Of a stretch of DNA of 64,000 nucleotides, positions 37,227-45,111 are shown piece after piece. A model generated the notes under the pieces. That model made no database searches. It saw nothing but the letters and a program-made list of their open reading frames with translations, and was not told the DNA's origin. Numbering within the stretch: the first letter of the stretch is position 1; the number at the start of each line of letters is the position of its first letter. This DNA is from a bacterium (GTDB lineage Bacteria > Hinthialibacterota > Hinthialibacteria > Hinthialibacterales > G963663365). The stretch spans positions 1,256,319 through 1,320,318 of the forward strand of contig CAXXIH010000008.1 of assembly GCA_963663365.2 (NCBI GenBank). The letters run 5' to 3'. A program made the position numbers and the translations under genes.

Positions 37227-37260
37227 ATGAATATCACGTCCTCAACAATTTCACCTCTTC

Positions 37261-39744
37261 TCACACCTCATCCTCCAATAAATTTGTATCTTGGATGGTT
37301 TGCCAATTTCCATCCGGGGAGATTTTTTGGGTTTTGATCTCATGCGGGGCGACGGAGAATTCCACAGAACATTTGAAATGAGGGAATTCGAGTTTGACCT
37401 GTCCTTCCCGGCCCTGGGATTCATAACCGCGCACAATTAATGAACCGGCATCTTCGGCACATTTAACCACGGTCAAGACAAAATGATCTGACGAACAATT
37501 GATAAAGGACAACGCCTGCGGCAATTCCCCGGCGTGCGCCGATTCCTGATGCGGCCAAAGCGGCTCGTTCAATTCCCACGCTTTATGCGGCAAACGCGCA
37601 TCCTGCCAGGAACCGGCATGAGGCACGATACGCAGACGGATGGTTTGCCAACCTTGATCGATAAACTTGTATGGCAGGCCGCTCTCGACCCGTTCAGGAT
37701 CGTGATGCGCATAAACCGGCCCGCGAGCCAATGAGATACGCATGGTCTCGCCGCGCACGTCATAACCGAACTTGCAGTCATTAATCAATCCCAAACCATA
37801 ACGCACTTCCCCTCCCTCGGAGGTTCGCACAGTGCCGGTGAGATCGATCCACGATTGACCGGGCTCTTCATCACCGCTTTTTTCACGTTGGATATGCCCA
37901 TAAGGAATATCGAACACCGCCTCGCCGTCCGCAATCCGGGTTTCAAAACCGAGTTTCAAAAAGCGGAATTTTTCGCGCCAATCCAAACGGATTTCGACAT
38001 GAATTTCGGGCATCTCACGATAAAGCGTCAATAGAATCTGTGCCGTGGAACGGTTAAAGGCGGTTTCGAGCATCAACGTGATCCGGCAATCGCCTTCATC
38101 AACGACACGCGCATCCTGCAATTGGAAACGGCCGTCTTCAACACGCCAAGCGGTGATATCATGGCTCCAGGTATCGCTTTGATCCGCCAAAACACAAAGA
38201 GACAATCCGCGTTTGAGGCAGTCCACTCCGGCCTTTTTATCAACCAAGGAACCGATCTCACCGCTGGCGGGATCAATCTGTATCCGCCACCAATCATTTT
38301 CCAAACCATAACGATGGGCCTGCAACATGCCCCGGTTTGCGGCCTTTTCCGGTTTCGCTGTTTCTTCACACGTGACAACGCTGTAGGTGCGGAATCCCAA
38401 CCCGGGGACATCGGCAAGAAAGGTCAGCCCCTTGGTGCCGACTTTGCCGAATGGAAACTCCTGTGCGAGTTGTTTGCGGCCCGAATCATCAAGCACATTC
38501 ACCGCAGGGCCAAGATATCGCTTCACCGTAAAGGGCAGTTCGACCGGACCACGCACATTCCAAGGCAAGGGATTAAAAACAACAACACTCCGTCCTTCCG
38601 TTGTGGTATCGATACGTCCGGCCAGTTTTTGCAGACAGCGGTTTTTGATCGTATCGGCGGTATGGCAGGCTGCGCCAAAAGCATCGCAGGCGTCTTCGTA
38701 GGCTTCGGCAATGCTGGTTCCGGCGAGAATGTCGTGAAACTGCTGGAATAAGAGCGTTTCCCATGCTTCCTGCAACCGCTCCCGGGGATAAGCCAGATCA
38801 AAGGCCGCCATTGAGGCCGCAGCCCAACGTTCGGCGCTCATCAGCGCGTGCTCGGTCCGGCGGTTAAGGCGTTTGCATTCGGAATGCGTGGTATAGCATC
38901 CCCGCGCATGATGCTGGAGTTCATTTTCAATTACGGGGAATGCATCGTCAGGAAGATTCTCGCGCAGCGCTTTGAAGTATGGATCCAATCCGCTGAAAAT
39001 GAATGTGGGTTTATCGGGATCATTCTGCCACTGCTGAATTTTGGCAATGCTGACTTTGGTAGGTCCTCCGCCGTGATTGCCAATGCCATAATAAAATGGG
39101 GTATGTATTTGTCCGGGCACCATATAATGCTGGTTTAGGATCTGCTCCAGACGCATATCCATGTGCTCGTCGATGGTGTCATAACAAATTGGGATACAAC
39201 ATGCCAAAACCCGGCTGCCATCGCGCGCAGTCCACCAGAATGTGCTGGCTTCATACTTCATTTCTTTATCCGGTTCAGGACGCATGTAGGAGTACGTTTC
39301 GATACCGGCTTTTTTTAAAATCTGCGGCAAGGTTCCCGGATGGCCGAAGGTATCGGGATTAAAACCATGGCGGACAGTGAAACCGAAATGCTCACGCACA
39401 AAACGCTGGCCATAAAGCACATGACGTACAAAAGATTCGCCGCCGGGAACATTGCAATCGGGCTCGATCACCCAGCCGCCGACAATGTGCCAACGGCCTT
39501 CTTTCACACGTTCTTGGATTTCGGCAAAAAGAGCCGGATCGTTATTGAGCACCCATTTATAAAAGGCAGTCGAACTGGCAATAAAAGTAACATCCGGCGT
39601 TTCATTCATACGATCCAATGCGGCGCGGAAGGTGGCGCGCACTTCTTCATAGCCTTCCTGCCAGCGCCACAGCCATACCGGATCGATATGCCCGTGTCCG
39701 ATTGCATGAAGTGTCCAGTCTTGATGTTTTCCGTTTTCAGTCAT
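37261..39744 (-). CDS. glycoside hydrolase family 38 alpha-mannosidase
   Basis: 827 aa. The N-terminal 'HAIGHGHIDPVWLWRWQEGYEE' matches the GH38 catalytic-domain start. Length and domain order are typical. Confidence 0.9.
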   Translation of the reverse strand: MTENGKHQDWTLHAIGHGHIDPVWLWRWQEGYEEVRATFRAALDRMNETPDVTFIASSTAFYKWVLNNDPALFAEIQERVKEGRWHIVGGWVIEPDCNVPGGESFVRHVLYGQRFVREHFGFTVRHGFNPDTFGHPGTLPQILKKAGIETYSYMRPEPDKEMKYEASTFWWTARDGSRVLACCIPICYDTIDEHMDMRLEQILNQHYMVPGQIHTPFYYGIGNHGGGPTKVSIAKIQQWQNDPDKPTFIFSGLDPYFKALRENLPDDAFPVIENELQHHARGCYTTHSECKRLNRRTEHALMSAERWAAASMAAFDLAYPRERLQEAWETLLFQQFHDILAGTSIAEAYEDACDAFGAACHTADTIKNRCLQKLAGRIDTTTEGRSVVVFNPLPWNVRGPVELPFTVKRYLGPAVNVLDDSGRKQLAQEFPFGKVGTKGLTFLADVPGLGFRTYSVVTCEETAKPEKAANRGMLQAHRYGLENDWWRIQIDPASGEIGSLVDKKAGVDCLKRGLSLCVLADQSDTWSHDITAWRVEDGRFQLQDARVVDEGDCRITLMLETAFNRSTAQILLTLYREMPEIHVEIRLDWREKFRFLKLGFETRIADGEAVFDIPYGHIQREKSGDEEPGQSWIDLTGTVRTSEGGEVRYGLGLINDCKFGYDVRGETMRISLARGPVYAHHDPERVESGLPYKFIDQGWQTIRLRIVPHAGSWQDARLPHKAWELNEPLWPHQESAHAGELPQALSFINCSSDHFVLTVVKCAEDAGSLIVRGYESQGREGQVKLEFPHFKCSVEFSVAPHEIKTQKISPDGNWQTIQDTNLLEDEV

Positions 39745-39799
39745 GCCGTTCCCAAAGAGAGGAATATGGTGATAGAACCCGCCAACATAAGGCGTTTAT

Positions 39800-39834
39800 A
39801 AAATATGAAAGAACGCCCGGCTAAAAGCCGGGCG
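39800..39834 (-). terminator. rho-independent terminator candidate downstream of tRNA-Leu
   Basis: On the - strand: CGCCCGGC-TTTTA-GCCGGGCG followed by TTCTTTCATATTTT. Confidence 0.55.
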
Positions 39835-39949
39835 ATTCGTACCAGAGTTACTTAGATGGAGCAAACGGCTAGCACATACCGGCTTCTCGGGATTCCTTAG
39901 ATCAACCACAGGCAACCGGCCAAGGCCGGTCAAATCGTCAAAGCGGAAA

Positions 39950-40032
39950 TAGGCGGGGAGGGAGTTGAACCCTCACGGCCTTGCGGCCAGGGGATTTTAA
40001 GTCCCCCGTGTCTACCATTCCACCACCCGCCC
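39950..40032 (-). tRNA. tRNA-Leu(UAA)
   Basis: Hand-folded cloverleaf. Acceptor GGGCGGG/CCCGCCU (G1-U72). D arm GTG-GAATGGTAGA-CAC. Anticodon stem GGGGA/TCCCC with loop CTTAAAA. Long variable arm GGCC-GCAA-GGCC. T arm GAGGG-TTCAACT-CCCTC. No encoded CCA. Confidence 0.9.
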
Positions 40033-40191
40033 GCCATGAAAACGTCAACAACCATGCCGGTCCATAGGAACCAGCGCGGTGTGCTACGCTCCGGGCAGCA
40101 GTCTAGCGACGTATGAAGACTGTCGAAGGGCCGGGAGGGTTATAGAATTTGAGTGGTAGAAAGGATGGTATGTCCGAACCGTCAATACATC

Positions 40192-40992
40192 CTATACGCT
40201 CTCGCCACCGGCGATAATGAAAGACTCCAGTTTCAAGCGTATGGCGACGGGATTCTCGAAAGCCTGCACACTAAGACTGCCTTCCATCACCATCTCATAG
40301 GCCGAGACGATTTCATCCAACCAAGTGTCTTCGGCACGCAGCTGCTGGAGAAGGACTTCTTCATCGGCCTTCCCGGATTCATTCGCCCCATCGCTCTTAT
40401 CCTCATCATCCGAGTTAAGGTCTTGCTCAAGAGCCTCCCGCAGGTGGCGGGTTGCCCGGCGGTGGTCGGCTTCCATCACCGCCAGACGAGTTTGCAGGAC
40501 ATCGCGGATCAAATCAGGATTGACATTAGCGGCAACCAGACGGATACCTTCACGCACAAACTCATCGTCAATATGGGGCAGATCATTTTCGAGGCTTACC
40601 AAACCGAAACGGCGCACTTTGCGGGACGCTTCGGTAAAAAATACGATTAACGACTTAGGGGCTAATTCTTTTAGGGATAGAACCGGCGCCAATCCGGGCG
40701 AAGGGCCGGGGCCACCGATACGCTCCTCTCGTTGCTCCAAAAAATCGGATAATCCCCTTACCAAGAGTTCTTTGGATCGTTCGATGCGAACAGGAGTCAG
40801 ATCGACAATCGTCTCCATCTCGGCCTGCAATGCTTGACGGCCAAGCGAAGAAAGATTGCGCCTTATCTTTACACGCACATCGTCACTGGTGCCGTGCATA
40901 GCCATGCACAACAGAGTGACATTCGTCGATCCCAGCCATTCCTGAAGTGAACGGTCATCGACATCCAACAGTTCATCAAAAGCCTGAATCAT
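40192..40992 (-). CDS. soluble protein with a FliG C-terminal-like domain followed by a MotA cytoplasmic-domain-like segment and an acidic tail
   Basis: 'FDELLDVDDRSLQEWL...LLCMAMHGTSDDVRVKIRRNLS..GRQALQAEME...PVRIERSKELLV' is FliG_C-like. 'SRKVRRFGLVSLENDL.HIDDEFVREGIRLVAANVNPDLIRDVLQTRLAVMEADHRR' is MotA/PomA loop-like. No TM segments. Confidence 0.65.
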   Translation of the reverse strand: MIQAFDELLDVDDRSLQEWLGSTNVTLLCMAMHGTSDDVRVKIRRNLSSLGRQALQAEMETIVDLTPVRIERSKELLVRGLSDFLEQREERIGGPGPSPGLAPVLSLKELAPKSLIVFFTEASRKVRRFGLVSLENDLPHIDDEFVREGIRLVAANVNPDLIRDVLQTRLAVMEADHRRATRHLREALEQDLNSDDEDKSDGANESGKADEEVLLQQLRAEDTWLDEIVSAYEMVMEGSLSVQAFENPVAIRLKLESFIIAGGESV

Positions 40993-41065
40993 TGGGGAGC
41001 GTTTCCTTATAGTACCTGGGTAAAATTAGCACGAATCATGTTGGAGGGAGACCCCTTTGAAGGGA

Positions 41066-41803
41066 TTATAATGTACCTGAAGACGGGGCGGCATACTTCT
41101 TACGTAACCTCTCATAGTCACCTCCCTTAAAAGAACTAAGGGACCGGCTGACATAGACGGGATGGGCTTGAAGCTGCAACGAGCTGCATGACACCAAACA
41201 GAAATTAAGTGTCCGATCATGGGCCTCGGCTTCATCTGTGGCCGGTCTCCAACGGCCCGATGTCTCGTATTGTCCATTTCGCAGCCGGAAAGTACGAATA
41301 TGCCCCCAAAGAATGCTGTTGATTTCCTCCCAAGGCAAGTTTAGCAACAACAGTTCAAGCCCAAGCCGTAGAAATTCGATGGGACAATTGGAGATATCGG
41401 GAACAATACTGGCCATACCTTGGGCATGAATTTTTCCGGCCAATCCCAAGACATAGTTGACCACATCCTCATACGAGTTTCCGGCCAAATGTATGGTCGG
41501 CTGAAAATGGGCCGGAGAAATCATAGATTCTTGATAGAACTCGGAATTGGCCTTGTCGCATAGCAACTCAAGCATTTTTAGCTGGGTTTCTTCAACACCA
41601 TCGTCAGGCCTGCCTTCATAGGCTTCGATCTCATAAAGAATGTACTCCCGGGTCAGGGGTGGAAGGTGGCGCAAAACCGCGGAACGGATGCTTTCATCTG
41701 CGCCCCATAGAGCCGTGGCAACAAACCGATGGCTTGCTCGAATGACAAAGTCATTGAGATAAGCCGGGTGAATTTCTGTCACCTTTTCAAATCCGTCAAT
41801 CAT
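41066..41803 (-). CDS. paralog of 40192-40992: FliG_C-like plus MotA-loop-like soluble protein
   Basis: 'FEKVTEIHPAYLNDFV...VATALWGADESIRSAVLRHLPPLTREYILYEIEAY' and 'GKIHAQGMASIVPDISNCPIEFLRLGLELLLLNLPWEEINSILWGHI'. More diverged than its neighbour. Confidence 0.6.
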   Translation of the reverse strand: MIDGFEKVTEIHPAYLNDFVIRASHRFVATALWGADESIRSAVLRHLPPLTREYILYEIEAYEGRPDDGVEETQLKMLELLCDKANSEFYQESMISPAHFQPTIHLAGNSYEDVVNYVLGLAGKIHAQGMASIVPDISNCPIEFLRLGLELLLLNLPWEEINSILWGHIRTFRLRNGQYETSGRWRPATDEAEAHDRTLNFCLVSCSSLQLQAHPVYVSRSLSSFKGGDYERLRKKYAAPSSGTL

Positions 41804-41906
41804 GATGCGGAGACTAGTCTAACTCATTCTGAGTATTGAGGGAAAAGAGCACGGGAAATTTAAATTATACGGCAGGGCTATCGTATTCCCGCCGGAGCCG
41901 TAAACC

Positions 41907-43376
41907 TTAGGCGGGAACACCAAGCTCAGGTTGCCTTTCCGGTTTTTCCATTCCGACAAGACGTTTGCATACCAAAAGAACTGCAAATAACAACCATAAA
42001 GTCATACTGATTTTGTCGGAAGGACCCAAATTGTTAAAAAATGAATGGACCAAAATCGAAAGCATCGCGGCCTTGGCTCCCAATACACAGGCTTTGATAA
42101 CCGGATCCTGAGTCCGTTCCCGAATCCAGTTGGCTTGATACCGGAACACACCCAGCAACACCACAAAGATGGTAATTCCAACCAAGCCGAGTTCTGCCAT
42201 GATTTCCAGATAGAGATTATGCGCCCCCATACGTATTTCCGTGGAATAGGCTTCTTCAAATACGATGTATTTCTCATAGACATCGGGATAGGCGCCATAA
42301 CCAACCCCGAGCAACGGATTGTCCTGCCACATATGGTATGCGGCCAGCCACCGGTCAATACGGTCATAATTGGCCACGTAGCCTGTGTCGGTGACGGTTC
42401 TTAGGCGTTGGATCAGCATTTCGCCCAGATCGGTCACCGTAGCAACCAAAAGCGCCGAGGACACAAGCACCAACATCACAATCAACAAATCCACAGATGC
42501 CGCACTTCGCCGCAAACGAATCGCAAAATAAAAGAGTACAACCGCCATGGCGATCCAGGCTGCGCGCACAAAGGTCATTGCCACCGCCAGCCCGATCAAC
42601 AACGCCAGAGCGCCAGTGATAAGAGTCCAAATACCCCGGGTACCAACTGAGGCAAACGCAATCAAAAAACAAAGTGTAACCACTAGATAAGCGGCATAAA
42701 TGCAGTGGTTCTCAAAAAACGGATAGGCAATATCATCATAAATCCGGATGCCTCCGGCGGCTTGCGTGGCAAAACCATACATCGTCAGCAGAAAATGCAC
42801 GACCATGGTGGTCACAAGAAAGATGATCAAACGCCTGCGGGTAACCGCGTAAACTTGAAATAGATAGAAACCCGCCAAAACATATCCGGATTCCCGAATA
42901 ATGGCCTTGACCGTACTAATCGGCTCTTCGCTCCACAGGATCGATACTCCTGCGAAGGCGAAGTAGGCAAAAATTATTAGGTTGAGTGGAGAAGAGATGT
43001 ACCGGAACCGCCCCTTTATTAGACACGATACGGCAACCGCAAAAATGAGAGCAGGAATAAGCGCTTCTGTGGGCAATGTGACTGAGGTTGTTCCACTGAT
43101 ATCAACCTCTACGGAAAAGGCCACAAGAGAGAATAGCGCCAGAATGATCCAGTCTCTGGCAAAAATCAGAGACATAACAAAGGCCAGGCTCCCGGTAAGC
43201 AATAGGAGAATCTTAAAATTATCGACAACAACGGTGAGCCCGACAACGAGAATCAGAACCAGCCATGGCAATTGATAGCCAAACGACCACCAGGGCGGCG
43301 TATAGCCCGGAGCCGCAACGGGAGATCCATGCGGCAAATCGGGCTTTTCTGTTGTGGTGGCAGGGGGAACGGCCAT
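41907..43376 (-). CDS. O-antigen ligase / Wzy-like polymerase family membrane protein
   Basis: About 11-12 TM segments. The periplasmic loop 'GAHNLYLEIMAELGLVG' is typical of the Wzy_C/O-antigen-ligase domain. Confidence 0.8.
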   Translation of the reverse strand: MAVPPATTTEKPDLPHGSPVAAPGYTPPWWSFGYQLPWLVLILVVGLTVVVDNFKILLLLTGSLAFVMSLIFARDWIILALFSLVAFSVEVDISGTTSVTLPTEALIPALIFAVAVSCLIKGRFRYISSPLNLIIFAYFAFAGVSILWSEEPISTVKAIIRESGYVLAGFYLFQVYAVTRRRLIIFLVTTMVVHFLLTMYGFATQAAGGIRIYDDIAYPFFENHCIYAAYLVVTLCFLIAFASVGTRGIWTLITGALALLIGLAVAMTFVRAAWIAMAVVLFYFAIRLRRSAASVDLLIVMLVLVSSALLVATVTDLGEMLIQRLRTVTDTGYVANYDRIDRWLAAYHMWQDNPLLGVGYGAYPDVYEKYIVFEEAYSTEIRMGAHNLYLEIMAELGLVGITIFVVLLGVFRYQANWIRERTQDPVIKACVLGAKAAMLSILVHSFFNNLGPSDKISMTLWLLFAVLLVCKRLVGMEKPERQPELGVPA

Positions 43377-43559
43377 TGCGTCAGTTTACAGGTTCCTCGT
43401 TGGAGATCATGCTAGTCTTATACACGGCATATCCGCAAAAAGCCGGACATGCCATACACAAAGATCGAACGTCAATCTTTATGCCTCGCCATATAGAAAG
43501 AAGGCAAGAGTACTGAATGACGATCTTTCGCAAACTCAACATAGCACGCGGAGCCCAGG

Positions 43560-45056
43560 ATGTCTGAAGTTGTCCCGGTTTACAACCTTGCCGGATTCTT
43601 ACGTGTTTTGTATCTACGCCGTTGGTTCATTGTCATTGTGACGCTGTTGGGCGGCATTTTAGCCGGCGCCCTCGGCATGACGCGGCCCGAAGTCTACCGA
43701 GCCCACACCATCGTTCGCCTCGATGTGCCCAACTACAAAGAAACGCTAACCCTGTTGCCGAAACCCCTTACCGTTTCGGTGGTGCGTTCGATGTTGACCG
43801 ATCCGGATACCATGCGCGAAGTCCTGGAGCGGATGGCGGAAATCAATATGACGCTTGACATTCTAAAAGGCGATAACGCACAAAAGAGCCTGAAAGAGGC
43901 GCGTGCCACCGCCGAACTTCCGGAAATTAGCGGCGATGCCTATGAGACCATCGCGGCGGCGACTGAAGGTGATCTTGTCAACGCCCTTTTGTCCGGTGAC
44001 CGAGATCTTCATGCACTGGCCCGGGAGCCGGAGCGTCTGTGGGTATCTGAGGATTCCCGCGCACAGCTTTTAGCCATCCTTGCGGCTATGAACGCCGGCG
44101 AATTACGTGTCATCGGCGAGATGACCTCTGAAAAGATTAGCGGGATATCGCCTTATGCCATGACTCGGCGGCTCGCAGCGTTTACAACGATTACAAAAGA
44201 AACAAACCTCGACACAGAGTATTCCCCCATCATCGATGTTTACGGCATGGCTCCCTCGGCTGTAGAAGCCGAAGCAATCACCAACCTTTGGCTCCGCGTC
44301 TTCCGAATCCGGGCCGAACGAGCCGCGCGGGAGCTAATCGTAAAAGAGGCGGGCAAGATTGAGTCTGAGATCGCAAAAATTGAAAGCCGGATACAGACTA
44401 TTGAAATCCAGCGCAACGAATATCTGGCCCAAAAACAGGTGGAAGATGCACAGCAACAACTCACAGCAGCTCGGCTGTTGCTTTATGGTGTAGCAAAAGA
44501 AACCAACGAAACACGGTCCCACCGTGGAGCAATTAACGTCGAAAATCCCGAAGAAACTCCATTTTGGAAAGAACAATCATCGGTTTCCCAAACAGAGGCT
44601 TTTGTGCCTACACCCCAATTTGGGAATTCAATTATGGCCCGCTTGGTTGCGGCCAGAGTTAATGGCGCTCCCCTTGCAGAGATCGAAAAATTAGAAAAAC
44701 AAGCCTCAGCCCTACGTGATGAGATTAAATCATTACAAACCTCCGTGCTGGAACACAAGCATCAGTTATCGGTTTGGGATCGTGAAAAAGCGGGGCTTCA
44801 ATCCCGTTGGGAGCAGCTCCTGCCTACATATAACGAGGCCAAACAGCTAACCAGTGCAGTTCAAGTAGGCGGCGTGGCTGACCTCGATTTCAGTACGGCC
44901 CAGAAACCGGATACACGCTACAGCCCCAATCGGAAACAGATGATCGTGGCAGGTTTGGCCGCCGGTTTCCTTGTGGCATGTGTCTTATGTTTCCTTTTGG
45001 ATTTATGGTCGGAAGTTGTGAAAAAACCGGAACAGAAATCCTCATTCTCTTTATGA
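43560..45056 (+). CDS. polysaccharide chain-length determinant (Wzz/GumC-type PCP, no kinase domain)
   Basis: N-terminal 'LRRWFIVIVTLLGGILAGALGMTRPEVYRA...V' Wzz motif, a long coiled-coil periplasmic region, and a C-terminal TM (MIVAGLAAGFLVACVLCFLL). Confidence 0.75.
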   Translation: MSEVVPVYNLAGFLRVLYLRRWFIVIVTLLGGILAGALGMTRPEVYRAHTIVRLDVPNYKETLTLLPKPLTVSVVRSMLTDPDTMREVLERMAEINMTLDILKGDNAQKSLKEARATAELPEISGDAYETIAAATEGDLVNALLSGDRDLHALAREPERLWVSEDSRAQLLAILAAMNAGELRVIGEMTSEKISGISPYAMTRRLAAFTTITKETNLDTEYSPIIDVYGMAPSAVEAEAITNLWLRVFRIRAERAARELIVKEAGKIESEIAKIESRIQTIEIQRNEYLAQKQVEDAQQQLTAARLLLYGVAKETNETRSHRGAINVENPEETPFWKEQSSVSQTEAFVPTPQFGNSIMARLVAARVNGAPLAEIEKLEKQASALRDEIKSLQTSVLEHKHQLSVWDREKAGLQSRWEQLLPTYNEAKQLTSAVQVGGVADLDFSTAQKPDTRYSPNRKQMIVAGLAAGFLVACVLCFLLDLWSEVVKKPEQKSSFSL

Positions 45057-45111
45057 CCGGTGATCCGGCCATTGAATGACTGTTTCATTTCAAACCGGAC
45101 CTATATAAGCC

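Noticed and set aside
39745-40191. Genomic-island insertion at the tRNA-Leu gene.
   Set aside because: No integrase, no direct repeat of the tRNA 3' end that I could find, and the flanking genes (GH38, FliG-like pair) have ordinary composition.
41026-41115. 29-codon ORF (MRGYVRSMPPRLQVHYNPFKGVSLQHDSC) preceded by a near-perfect Shine-Dalgarno sequence (AAGGGAGGTGACT-ATG), overlapping the last 17 codons of the FliG-like gene at 41066-41803.
   Set aside because: A strong SD by itself is not enough. The peptide has no recognisable features, it overlaps a CDS, and the SD-like string may simply encode 'KGGD' in the main frame. It would need Ribo-seq or conservation evidence.
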